Shown here: positions 1-11,556 of the stretch, piece after piece | Layout: every line of letters starts with the position of its first letter | How positions within the stretch are numbered: position 1 is the stretch's first letter | Assembly: GCA_963845755.1 (NCBI GenBank) | Contig: CAWJTV010000008.1 | Span: 1 to 52,329 of the forward strand | Length of the DNA: 52,329 bases | DNA from: an uncultured Planctomycetota bacterium | GTDB lineage: Bacteria > Planctomycetota > Planctomycetia > Isosphaerales > Isosphaeraceae | Reading direction: 5' to 3' | Translations under genes and position numbers: made by a program | The notes under the pieces: generated by a model | Database searches by the model: none | Told to the model about the DNA's origin: nothing | What the model saw: only the letters and a program-made list of their open reading frames with translations

Positions 1-366
1 GACCGAAGCGTCGGACGGTCGTCTTCGCGCGTCGGTGTCGTCGGACCGAAGCACTGACGGGGCTGGTCAGTAACCTCATATGAGCAGTCAAGGCCTCATC
101 GACCGGGCTACCAACCAACCTAGGCTCGATTAACGTCTCCGACCATCCGTCGTTATCCCGGCCAGCGCAACCCGCAAAGTTCAACGGCCGTTCAGGGGAG
201 TCCGCCCACGCTGCTGCTACTCAAGGGCCTGCCCCCATCGCTTCTCAGGACCTCTGCGGGTGCCGTTGTAACGGTGGTTGAGGGGGAGGAGTTGTAGTCC
301 AACCCCTCCGGTGGCTGGGGATCCAGCCGCACGCCGCCAAGAGGAAGACGCCACACGGCAGCGAAG

Positions 367-544
367 GTGCGGTGTGCAGTGGGGCGGACGATCAGTTGGC
401 TGAAGATCCTGCGGCGGTTGCGGGTGCGGGATGATCGGCTGGGGGTGATCCAGGACGCCTTGACGACACTGGCGGCCTGCGTGATCTGCTTCCGCGTCCT
501 CCATCATGACTGTGAGTCGTATGCACCCGTTTTGTCAGAGGCGA
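367..544 (+). mobile_element. IS5-family transposase 3' remnant with probable right end
   Basis: Translation RCAVGRTISWLKILRRLRVRDDRLGVIQDALTTLAACVICFRVLHHD matches the IS5 C-terminal pattern (R-x-x-V-E-R-T-x-x-W-L...RRL-x-x-R-Y-D-R) with substitutions at conserved positions. No N-terminal part is visible. Confidence 0.7.
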
Positions 545-2837
545 TTACAGGTCAAGGCTTACCACCTCATGAATATCCACTCGGGGAACCAGGAACTCTA
601 CACCCCCGTTTGCCACATGACGCACCGGCAACTCTTTGCGGCATAGAGTGCTCTTGCGGTGGAGAGCTTCAGCGGCAGATTGACGCGGACAGCCACATTC
701 ATCAGCGGGATGGGATCATCATGGAAGTCGGTATGCTTTGGCGTTCGTCGCACCGGTGAGAAGTTTACGATATGCACCATGTAACGCTCCTTTCGCCCGG
801 CGTCCGGCTTCGCCGCCTGATGAGTCAGGGACAGCTCGGTGGTCAGGTGGGCATCACTCTGGATCGAGGGCGCGGGAAGCACTTCGCTAACCGCCTTCTG
901 AAAGGCCTGGCGATAGACCCAGAATCCTTGATTGTAATAGCCTTGCCCCAGAGGAGAGGCCACCAGTGCCACCTTCCCGCTACGTGCTAAGGCAGCGTAC
1001 GCGGTCGTATGATCGAAGGGTGTCTGCTGATGGCTCATATAATGCTCGGGGCTGCGTTGGAAGAGCGGCTCGCCCAACACGGCCAGGACCTCCGCCGGAG
1101 ATTCGGCCCGCCATTGCGAAGCCCCCTCGTAGAGGGCGTACGCGTACGGCGGGATGTCGCCGGTGAACTTGGCCTTCGGCACCATGTAGGCCGGCGTAAA
1201 AGGCGACATGCCTGCATAATGCAGCCCGTACCGTTCCAGCCAGCTCTTCTCCGTCCTCGCCAGCACGGCCGACGTGTGGGCTGCAATCACGGCCCCGCCC
1301 CCGTCGATGAACGCCTGAAGGCGAGATGCCATGTCCTGATCGACCCAGAAATTCTCCGGCAAGACGACCAGCGCATAGCGGTCTTCCCATTTCGTCCCGA
1401 GCTCGACGATATCGAACTGGACCCGCGACTCGGTCAACAGCTTGACCCAACCATAGTTCACCTCGTTGCACGGGACATCCCCGCTACCCAGCAGCACCGC
1501 CTCGGTCACCGGCACCGCCTGTTCCAGGTACGGCTCGATACGTTCGATGTGCCGGTAGGCCTGTCCAATGACATGGTAGATCGCCGGTTCGAGCCGGCCG
1601 TCGGGAGGCACCTGGTCGCCGATGTCGCATCGCGCGCCTTGCGATACATAAGCGGCGACCTCCGTGTGCAATTGCGCCGGCGACTTCAAGCCACCAAAGT
1701 CGGCCCAGAAGTCCTTGAAACAGACCGTACAGCCATGAAACGGTATCCCGAAACCGCGTGCATAGCGAATCACCGTCGGGAAATAGTGGTAGCCATAATG
1801 GACGGCATCCGTGAAGAGCGCCTCCTGGGAGGAATAATCGACATACGGTCGTGCGCTGGGCGAGACCGTAGAAGGTCCCCTGGTTCTGCGGGCACACCTG
1901 ACAGCCAGGCCGCGTTTTCTTGATCACCTGATGAATACGCTCATGAAATGACTGACGAAGCTGTTCCTTGTGATCATACTGCACGCCGGCATTGAGTGGA
2001 TCGAGTCCCTTCTTGCGCAACTGCCGCTGGCATTCGTCGCAATAGCATTGCGGGAGAACCACCACCGTCGAGCCATACGCCGTCCAGCTCATACTTGGAG
2101 ACAAGCTCCTGGATGAGGTCGAGTTCCCCCTTCAGGAACGCCTCTCGGCAGATGCAGAATTGCCACATGAAGGGTCGGTATCCCTTGTCCTCGGCAGGCG
2201 GCTGGGCGGACTTGGAGGGGGCACCGGCCTTGGAGCGGCGGCGTGGGGCGTCGGGCTTCAGGATATTCGAAAATGCCTTCTGTTCGTCAGAGATCTCCTC
2301 GATTCTGGGTCGAGACCTGTCGCCGGGCTGATGGACAACCAACCATTCGGGATGCCGATCGGCAAGTTCGGGATTCCAGGTCAGCATGTAGTAGGCCAGG
2401 ACCGAGATATTCCGCTTCCTGAGCGCCGCCACCTGCGCTCCCAGGAGGTCAAACGAGAGGTTCGGATGCATCCGCCCGTGCGTACTTGGAAAGTACGAAT
2501 AGCCGTACATATCCTTGGCGAATACAGTCGCCCCATTCACATGCGCTGCCAGCAGTCGATCGCCGAACTCGTCCGCGTTGAAACGCTCGGCAAGCCTCGG
2601 CATATGCCGAGACGTATGGTATTCGATGTGAACCTTCCTCCATGGGCCGGGACGCCATGCGGCGATGCTGGGATCGATCCAGAATTTCTTGGCGACACCG
2701 TCCGCATCCGGCATGGTTGCTGAGCCGGCAGACTTCGCGGCTTCAGCTTGCCCAGAAACCCCCGCGGCAACAAATGCCCCTACGCTCGATCCGGCGGTCG
2801 CCTGCAGGAAGCGGCGACGACTTGCAGGGTGCGACAT
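545..2837 (-). CDS. Tat-exported GHL6/GH42-like glycoside hydrolase with beta-galactosidase trimerisation-like domain (about 3 frameshifts)
   Basis: MSHPASRRRFLQ Tat motif, KVHIEYHTS, VFAKDMYGYSYFP, DGVWLD, CYCDEC and VQFDIV..YALVVLPE. It spans ORFs 1974-2858, 1484-2104 and 598-1773. The shifted C-terminus ...EFLVPRVDIHEVVSLDL ends at TAA 547-545. Confidence 0.8.
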
Positions 2838-3435
2838 GGCGTAGACTCCTGAGAGCAAACGGCGCCTCCCCTGGACTGCCCCCAGGGTCGATCCCGGTCT
2901 CTATGATACGACCGTCGGTCATCCTGCCGCCAGACGCGGGTGGCGGGGCGTGGCGCTGGAGACCGCCCCGATCAGCCACTCCGCCTAGTTGCGCGCTTCG
3001 GTCGGATCGACCGAATGAACCTCGGCTCACTCTGCTTCGGTGTCCTCGGACCGACGCGCCCGAGGACTCGGCGTCCACGAGGGTGTTCGACGACCGAGGT
3101 GGCAGCGGTCGGTCAGCATACCTTCTGGACTTCACGAAGCGGCGGCGGTAATCTCCATGTCGGGTGGGTCATCGGTCGTTCGGGCCCCTCGTCGTGAACC
3201 AGCGTCATCTGTCCGCCGACCTCCGGTGCCGAGATCCCGTCGGGCGAGAGAGAACGCCTCGGCCCGTCCGAACCGGCGGGGTCCGCAGGCTCGCCGGTAG
3301 GCGCCGCGATCAGTCACCGAATGTCCGGCCTTCCCCAACCGGTCGTCCAGCCTCTCGACGCATGCGGACACGCCGATCGTGCCCGCGGTGCTTTCGTCAT
3401 CGGCTCTATCCTCCGTTCGACGGACTGGCTGCTCA

Positions 3436-5291
3436 TGAATCGTCGATCGCTGTCGCACCGGATTGTTGTGCTGGCTTGGGTCACAGCGGTGGTCGCGCTC
3501 GACCTCGCGGCGACGCCGCCTGCGGTGCCGATTCCTCCGTTGAATCAAAAAGTGCTTGAGTTTACTCGCGAGCGCCTCGGCGAGAAGGTTGACGACGGCC
3601 AGTGCATCAGCCTGGCGGTCGAGGCCCTGCGATACGCCGGCGCCAAGCGTTACCCGTTCGACCCGAGTGGGGATTACGTCTGGGGCCAGCCGGTGGCGTC
3701 GTTCAAGGAGGCGCTGCCCGGCGACATCCTCCAGTTCCGCAACGCCGTGTTCCAGGGCAAACGCTGGATCTCGAAACAGCGTTGGGTGTCGTGGCATCAA
3801 GAGTATCCGCACCACACGGCCATCGTATCCGAGGTCTCCGAGGGGGGACGGGTCGTCGCGATCCTCCATCAGAACGTCGGTGCGCCCGACGCCGACGCCA
3901 AGACCAAGCAGGTCGTTCAAGAGGCGTCGATCCGCCCCGAATCGCTCCAGGGCAGTGGTGCCGTCGCGATCTTCCGACCGATCGCGCGCGACGAGGCGGA
4001 AAACCCCAAGATCCGCCACGAGGTCCCCGTCGCGCGCCGGACCGACGTCACGATCCGGGGCGACTCCTTCCTCATCAACGGCCGGCCTACCTATGAGGGC
4101 CGTTCGTGGAAGGGTCGCTCGATCGAGGGCCTCTTGTTCAATGCGCGAATGGTGCAGGGCGTCTTCGACGACCTGAACCCTGCGACCCGCAGCCGATGGG
4201 CCTACCCCGATACCAAGTGGTGGGACCCCGAGCGGAACAGCCGCGAATTCCTGGCCGCGATGCCCCTCTGCGCGACCACGGCTTGCTTAGCTTCACCATC
4301 AACCTGCAAGGCAGTAGCCCGCAAAGCGACTCGAAGGGCCGGCAGATCTGGCACAACTCGGCCATCACCGCCGAGGGCGACACCCGTCCAGAATACCTCG
4401 ACCGGCTCGCCCGCATCCTCGACCGCGCCGACAGGCTGGGGATGGCCGTCATCCTCGGCCTCTTTGACTTCGGCCAGGACGAGCGGCTGAAGGACGAGGC
4501 CGCCGTCGTCCGCGCCGTCGATCGCGCGTCCGACTGGATTCTCGACCGCGGTTACAAGAACGTCCTGATCGAAGTGAACAACGAGTGCAATATCGCCTAC
4601 GATCACGCGATCCTGAAGCCCGACCGCGTTCACGAGCTAATCGAGCGCCTCAAGACACGGAGGCGCTACGGCCGCCGACTCCTGGTCGGTACGAGCTACG
4701 GTGGTGGGACCGTGCCCGGCGAGAACGTGGTTCGCTCCTCCGACTTCTTGCTCATGCACGGCAACGGCGTGCGGGACCCTGCGCGGATCGCCGGGATGGT
4801 CCGCGCGGCCCGCGCGATGCCGGATTATCGGCCCATGCCCATCCTGTTCAATGAAGACGATCACTTCGACTTCGACCGGCCATCGAACCACTTCGAAATC
4901 CGCACTTTCGGAACGGGCGTCGTGGGGTTACCTCGACCCGGGCTCGTCGAACTACCGCGACGGATACCAGTCACCGCCAGTGAACTGGGGGATCAACACG
5001 CAGCGCAAACGCGCGTTCTTCGCGAAACTCAAGGAGATCACGGGCGCTGATCCCGAATCCGCGTCCTCCCGACATCCATATCCGCCGCTGCCTCGTAGCC
5101 AGTCAATTCGGGCACCTGGCGAACTGCCTGGGCTGGAAAGAGAAGTCGGTGTCAGAGCGTGCCGCAATCGTCGCTGCAATCTCCTTGACAGCCGCTCCGG
5201 CTGCACAAAACAAGGCGTTTTGGCTGGCCGGCGAAGTGCTCGCAGGCGACCCGCGGCGTCTCTCGACCCCTCGAAAACCGCACCAGACTGA
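3436..5291 (+). CDS. Secreted fusion: CHAP-like cysteine-proteinase-fold domain plus GH5-like TIM-barrel glycoside hydrolase (2 frameshifts)
   Basis: Signal peptide followed by GQCISLAVEAL...PGDILQF...HHTAIV...ILHQN (Cys/His pair), then in frame GLLFNARMVQGVFDD. It continues in shifted frames through NVLIEVNNEC, PILFNEDDHFDF and GYQSPPVNWGIN. The exact 3' end is uncertain. Confidence 0.65.
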
Positions 5292-5298
5292 GGCAATC

Positions 5299-6139
5299 AT
5301 GCTCGGCATTTGCTTGACGGTCGGGCTGGTCTTCGCCGGACAGGCCCAGACGCAAGAAAAGGACGCCCAGGCTCGCCCTTGGGCCGTGATCGCCAAGCGG
5401 CACCTGATGGCCGCGAAAGTGTACGCGACGGCCGATCCCGATCATCCATTTGCTCCAGTCAAGGAACCGGTGTTGCATCGGATCCAGGGAGTCCACGGGA
5501 GCTCGAAGGGCTCGGTCTTCCTATGGGTTGAGCCCTCGGGTCAACCGGCGGCGATTTGTGACGTCTTCTTGTTTGAAGAGGGGACGGCAGGCTATAGCCT
5601 GAACAACGAGTGGCATTCGCTGTCCGCGTCTCCGCTACGGGCCGAAGCGTCCCATGGGGTGTTGTTCAACGCCACCGGCCCGGGGCTGGAATGGAAGCCG
5701 ATCCCGAATGCCCCGGCGCCTGCCGACACGCCGCCAGGGCGCGATCGGCAAGCCCGCCGGCTTGCCGAACGGTTCAGCGCCGACGAGGTCAACCGCAAGA
5801 ACGTGCGCTCTCACTTGCGGCTGCTGACGACGCCGTCGCATCGTTACGACACGAGCGATTCGCCGGTCTCCCGCACCGGCGCTGTTCGCCTTTTGCCAAG
5901 GGACCGCCCCGCAACTCCTCCTGCTCATCGAGGCGCGCCAGTCGGGCGCGGGGTATCGCTGGGAGTATGCCGTCGCCGGGTTCTCGAACATGGATCTTTA
6001 CCTGCGCCTCGACGGCCGTGAGGTGTGGCGCGACGTTCCAGCCCTCTCGAGCGGCGTCGGAGTTCACAGCGGCGGTCGGGTTCGGTTCATCGGTACCGCG
6101 GAACTCGAAGCGGCGAAACGCGAGAAACTCGAAGAGTGA
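5299..6139 (+). CDS. Secreted hypothetical protein (1 frameshift near 5875)
   Basis: GAGG RBS and signal peptide MLGICLTVGLVFAGQA. The sequence NEWHSLS...GLEWKPIP...LRLL continues in another frame as QLLLLIEAR...WEYAVAGFS. Confidence 0.65.
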
Positions 6140-6485
6140 GCGCGGAAAAAGTCGCCACCGTTGACTGCCGAGAAAGCATCGGCCCGCAGGCAGGACTCAG
6201 GCAAACCCGGAGCTTAGCCCGCGCGGCAAGCGAGTCTTGGACGCGCCAGTTGGTTGCGCGCGTCGGTCGGATCGACCGGAGTATCTGGGGCCGTTCCAGC
6301 GGACGTCCCAGCGAGCGTAACACTCTCGGTCGATTCGTGCTCGGACCGGGGCCGGCCCTTCGGCCTCTCGCCGGGGTGCTGGCACGAGGCGACGGAGCCG
6401 GCGCGGGGGGCCATGGCGAATTCGAGCGGGCCGGCACAGATCAGGCTCACACTAATGAGGAGGCGCTCCGGGGGCGTGCATCGAT

Positions 6486-6630
6486 CTTAGAAACTATCTC
6501 AATACCCCGAGGAAACAGCCGCAACTCCATCGCAGCAAACGGCTTGGGTCGATCTCGTACGTTTGTCTGTAAGTTCTTATTGACTAACGACTTACCGTCG
6601 CCGGTCGGGGCTCTTGAGATAGTATCTAAG
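6486..6630. mobile_element. 145-bp MITE-like element with 17-bp terminal inverted repeats
   Basis: CTTAGAAACTATCTCAA (6486-6502) and TTGAGATAGTATCTAAG (6614-6630) are reverse complements at 16/17 positions. The interior is AT-richer with no convincing gene, and the ends resemble IS5-like ends with a TA target. Confidence 0.7.
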
Positions 6631-6822
6631 GCCGTTTACTCTTGCTCTGCCCACAGGCCAGAGAGCTCAAACCAACCGATGATGCCCAGGCGTGTCACTC
6701 TCTCCATTACCTCGCCGGGGACGACGTATATCGACGCCTTACCCCGCGCCGCGTACTCGCGAAACAGCTGACCGGCATGCCCTGGGTGAGCTCCTGGTCA
6801 CTCTCGCGGTACAATCAAGCTA

Positions 6823-7749
6823 TCATCGCTCGCCGGCCGATGACTCCGAAGTTTCGAGAACCTGGAGCCACCTGGCGAAATCCGACGAATCCATCCCGGC
6901 TCGGGCCCGGTCCCAACGCTCCACGGCCCAGCCCCAGAAGTCGAACTCGATCGTGGAAACCGCAGCCTGGATCGCCGCCCAGAGACTCCAGCCGACGTCC
7001 GACATGATCATGTTGAGCTTCATCCGGGAGAGCTTCTCAGGCAAGGCGTCTCCGAAATAGGCGGCGCACATCTCCGCGACTCGCGGCTCGTCGAATTGTA
7101 GCTCCTGGCAGTTATTGCCGAGCTCGAACGTCGCGTCGTTGTTGCCGCTGTACTCGAAGTCAATCAGCCAGAGTCGCTGGCCGTCGTCCAGGAAGTTCGC
7201 TGCCAGCAGATCGTTGTGACACGGTACCGTGAGAACAGGCCGGTGGGTGAACGCGGCCTCGATCCGCTCGACCTGGGGCATGTAGCGAAGATAATCGTCC
7301 GGAATCCGAATGCGTTGCCGCTGTGCGATCTGGAGATAATGTCTCGTGATCCGGAAGATGTTGAATTCGCCCAGGAAGCGAGGCCCTGCGTGAAGTTGCT
7401 TGAGCACCCGGGCGATATGCGTCGGCATCCGGGGGCGTTGCATCGCGGGAATGGTTAACGTCTCGCCGTGAATGAACTCGAGGACCAGCACGTTCACGTC
7501 GGGGAGCTGATGGACGACCCGTGGGGCGACCCCCGCCGCGGCCGCGGCTCGCGTGTTGTGAAGCTCGTGAGCGCGATCGATCGCGAGCCATTCCGTCCCG
7601 TCGCCGGGGATGCGTACCACATACGCCACGCCGTCCACGTCAACTCGGTAGATCCGGTTGGTGAGTCCTCCGACGAGCGGTGCGACGACAGGCGATCGGC
7701 CCGACCAGGCGGGAATCCGGTGCAGGACCTGGTCGATCGAGATGGTCAT
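6823..7749 (-). CDS. Choline/ethanolamine kinase family phosphotransferase
   Basis: GGLTNRIY, YVVRIPG, CHNDLLAANFL (Brenner motif) and LIDFEYSG. Confidence 0.9.
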   Translation of the reverse strand: MTISIDQVLHRIPAWSGRSPVVAPLVGGLTNRIYRVDVDGVAYVVRIPGDGTEWLAIDRAHELHNTRAAAAAGVAPRVVHQLPDVNVLVLEFIHGETLTIPAMQRPRMPTHIARVLKQLHAGPRFLGEFNIFRITRHYLQIAQRQRIRIPDDYLRYMPQVERIEAAFTHRPVLTVPCHNDLLAANFLDDGQRLWLIDFEYSGNNDATFELGNNCQELQFDEPRVAEMCAAYFGDALPEKLSRMKLNMIMSDVGWSLWAAIQAAVSTIEFDFWGWAVERWDRARAGMDSSDFARWLQVLETSESSAGER

Positions 7750-8309
7750 GATTTCTACCCTCACTGATGATCGGCGTCGTTCAACTCTTCGGAGCCGACT
7801 TAGCTGGAGCCACGAAGACAGGATCGCGGCGTGCGGTACCATCCCGGTGAAACGTCAGCGCGCCGAGGTTTGATGGCCTCGTCAAGTCGATGTATTACAC
7901 CAGTGCGCATGATCGCACCGTTGGCAGTGCGTGAACAAGCCGCTCGAGTTCACCGAGGTGTCGTCGGACCGAATTGCGAAATTCTCCTCGATCCGGATAC
8001 GACTCCCGATCTGGTACGCGAGCCCCAGTTCCTCTGGAGCATGCAAGGCCACCCGTGACGAGATCTTGCACAACGTCCGCTGGGCTTGGTCCCGTTGCCA
8101 ATTCGAACCGAACGGCATACGGAGTTAATGGGGAGTGCCGGGTGACCTCGGAAAACCAGGCATTGACCGCGTCGGCGTGAATCGCCCTCGGCGAGACCCT
8201 GCTTGGCACCCTTTAGCGGGCGGCAAGCGCGAGTCACGGCGAAGAAACGGTCGTCACGGTCGAATACGGCTATGGGGTGTCCCGGCCGGGCTTTGTGGGG
8301 GGACGGGCG

Positions 8310-8870
8310 ATGAACGAGGGCGCAGCCGACGCCGGAGCGAGGGTCTCGACGCTCCGGGCAGTGGTGGTCAAGGCGACCGTGACGCACACCATCACTTACT
8401 TCGTGTTCGGCCTGCTGGCGCTGTTCGTGTTCGACTACGAGCGCCTCTACGCCGAGACGGAGCTCGTGCACCTGATGCGGCCGACGACCGATCCCGTGGT
8501 CATGGCCGGGCCCCTGTTTCAGCCGATCCGGGGTGTCCTGTTCGGCGGGCTGCTCTACGTCCTGCGCGACGCGTTCTTCCGCTGGAGGTGGGGCTGGCTG
8601 CGGCTTTGGATGGTGCTGGTTGGTATTGGGATCCTGGGGACACCCGGACCTGCCATGAGCTCCCTGGAGGGGATGATCTACACGAGGATTCCGGTCTGGG
8701 TGCAGCTCAGGGGGTTACCGGAGGTCCTGCTGCAGACCTTGGCGTTCTCCTGGCTGCTCTGCCACTGGGTCAACCATCCCGAAAAGCGCTGGCTGAGCTG
8801 GTGTCTGGGGGGGGCCTTCGTGGTGGTGTGTCTCCTGCCCATCGTGGGCTTGCTGGCGAGGCGGGGTTGA
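8310..8870 (+). CDS. Integral membrane hypothetical protein
   Basis: About 5 hydrophobic segments, with motifs HTITYF, GPLFQPIRG and LEGMIYT. Confidence 0.75.
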   Translation: MNEGAADAGARVSTLRAVVVKATVTHTITYFVFGLLALFVFDYERLYAETELVHLMRPTTDPVVMAGPLFQPIRGVLFGGLLYVLRDAFFRWRWGWLRLWMVLVGIGILGTPGPAMSSLEGMIYTRIPVWVQLRGLPEVLLQTLAFSWLLCHWVNHPEKRWLSWCLGGAFVVVCLLPIVGLLARRG

Positions 8871-9068
8871 CGAAATTGCCGGCGCGCTCGCCCCTCGCGC
8901 GGGTCGCTCGGCCGTTCTCGGAGAAAGTCCCCCATCAGGCCGAAGTCGCTTGGTTGTTCTTCCGGTGTCAACGGACCGACGCATTCGAGAAGTGACTTCA
9001 CGGCTGGACAACTCTTATAGAGTTATCAACCTCGACTCCTGAACAATACCGATCTCGATGAGCCCATC

Positions 9069-9966
9069 TCAGCGCTTCAGACCAGGAGGGTCGGGTCGGA
9101 CGCGGAGTTCATCGAGCAAGGCAGCGAAGTCGGCGGGAGGGTCGGCTTCGACGTGGAGAGGGACGCCGGTGATCGGGTGGATGAAGGCCGAGGGTCTGGG
9201 CGTGGAGGGCCTGGCGATGGAAGGTGACCTGGGGAGGAGGGAGGAAGCGTGGACGATAGACGGGATCGCCGACGATCGGCATTCCGAAGGCGGCCAGGTG
9301 GATGCGGATTTGATGGGTCCGGCCGGTCTCGAGCCGGCAGGCCATCAGCGCGGCGCGGCTCCCGAACCGCTCGAGGACGCGGTAGTGCGTCACCGCATGG
9401 CGGCCTTCGTCATCGTGGGCCACGCCGCGATGGCGACCGCCGCGGTCGGCGACGAGGGGTAGGTCGATCCTGCCGGTGTCGAGGTGGGGCGAGCCCTCAA
9501 CCACCGCCAAATACCGGCGATCGATGGTGTGGGCCTTGAACAACTCTTGCAAAGCGCGGAGGGCTTCGGGAGAGCGGGCAAAGACCAGGGCCCCAGAGGT
9601 GTCTCTGTCGAGTCGGTGGACGACCCCTATATAGGGCCGTCCGCCGTAACGGAGTTGGAGGTAGCGGCCGGTTCGTTCCCGGAGCGTAATGCACTCGCGG
9701 TCGGGCGTGGGGACCGAGAGTAACCCGGCCGGCTTATCGACGCTGATCAGGTGCCGGTCCTCGAAGAGGACCTGCAGGCGCTGAGCAGCCTTCCGCGCCT
9801 TCGGCCGATTGGGGAAGAACGCGACCGCCGCATCGGACTCGACGGCCAGGCCCGGCTCATCGCTACGTTGGCCGGCCAGGTCGATCCGGCCGTTACGGAT
9901 CGCCTCGCGCGCGGCGCGCGGCAGGCCGAACCGCTTGGCGACGAGTTGGTCCAGCCGGATTGGCAT
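9069..9966 (-). CDS. RluA/RluD-family pseudouridine synthase with N-terminal S4 domain (frameshift near C-terminus)
   Basis: RLDQLVA, VDKPAGL, VHRLDRDTSG (catalytic Asp), LETGRTHQIRIH, GDPVY and QALHA. The shifted tail reads FIHPITG. Confidence 0.92.
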
Positions 9967-10096
9967 GCCCGAGCCCCCTCACCCTGTTCTGCCACCCCGG
10001 CAGCAATTCCTACGGACCCCTGTGACCAGCCACTGAACGTTCGCCGCTCGTCCAGCCGCGTCCCGACCTACGAACGCCTGCATTCGGGGCGTCTGC

Positions 10097-11553
10097 TCAG
10101 GCGAGCAAGCCGGTCACGACCCTCCCGTGTACATCGGTTAGGCGGTACTGGCGGCCCTGGTAGCGGAAAGTCAACCTGGCGTGGTCGATCCCGCAGAGGT
10201 GCAGGATCGTCGCCTGCATGTCGTGAACGTGGACGGGGTCGGCCGTGATGTTCCAGGCGAAGTCGTCGGTCGCCCCGTAAACTGTGCCGGGTTTGATGCC
10301 GCCCCCCGCGAGCCACCAACTGTACGCCTTGCCGAAGTGGTCCCGACCCTGTGGGTTGGCGGGGTCCCCCTGTCCGAACGGGGTGCGGCCGAACTCGCCG
10401 CCCCAGATGACCAGCGTGTCGTCCAGCATCCCGCGCTCCTTGAGGTCGCGCACCAACGCCGCCGATGGACCCTCCGTGTCCTTGCACTGCTGCTCGAGCT
10501 GCGTGAAGAGGTTCCCGTGCTGGTCCCAGCCGGAGTGCATCAACTGCACGAACCGGACGCCTCGTTCGAGAAGCCTGCGGGCGATCAGGCAGTTGTTCGC
10601 GAATGTGCCGTGTTGCAGGGAGTCGGGACCGTCGCGCGCGAGCGTCGTCTTCGACTCGTTCGAGAAGTCAACGAGGTCGGGCACGCTCGTCTGCATCCGG
10701 AAGGCCATCTCGTACTGGGCGATGCGCGTGTCGATCTCGGGATCGCCATAATCGGAGAGATGCGCCGCGTTCATGGCGGCCATGTCGTCGAGCAACGCAC
10801 GCCGCCCCTCGCGGCTCACGCCCGGAGGGTTGGCCAGATACGGCACGAGGTCGCCCGTGTTCCGGAACCGGACCCCCTGGAACCGGCTGGGTAGGAACCC
10901 GCTGCCCCAGTAGTAGTCGAAGAAGAGCTGGCCGCAGGTCTTCCCCTTGTCGCTCGAGGTCATCACGACGAAGGTCGGCAGGTTGTCGGTCTCGCTGCCG
11001 AGCCCGTACGACAGCCAGGCCCCCATGCTGGGCCGGCCGGGGACCTGCACCCGTCATGAAGAACGTCACGCCGGGCGCATGGTTGACGGCCTCGGTGTAC
11101 ATGCTTCGAACCAGGCAGATCTCGTCGGCGAGCACTCCCACGTTCGGGAGCATCTCGCTCATCTCGATACCGGACTGGCCGTACTTCTTGAACGGCTTGA
11201 TCGCGGGGAGGGTCGGCCACTTGCTGTATCCGCTCGACATGGTCGAGAGCCGGGTTGTCCCGCGGACGCTGTCGGGGATGTTCTTCCCGGCCGTCGCCCG
11301 CATCACCGGCTTCGGGTCGAATAGATCCACATGTGAAGGCCCACCCCCTTGCCAGAGGATGACCACCCGTTTCGCCCTGGGGGCGAAGTGGGGCAGGCCC
11401 TTCAGCCCGGATTCACCCCCGGGTCGATCGGCCCCGCGCGGAGCCGACCCCCATGAGCGACGCCAGGGCCGCCATTCCGACTCCGCTCGCCGCCGAACCG
11501 AACAACTGGCGGCGAGTCACGCGGGCGATATTCTCACGATGAAGGTCGTTCAT
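10097..11553 (-). CDS. DUF1501 domain-containing protein (frameshifts)
   Basis: Tat-like TRRQLF, GGGPSHVDLFDPKP, GRPSMGAWLSYGLGSE, ARRLLERGVRFVQ, GWDQH, WGGEFGRTP and GRDH. Confidence 0.92.
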
Positions 11554-11556
11554 GAT

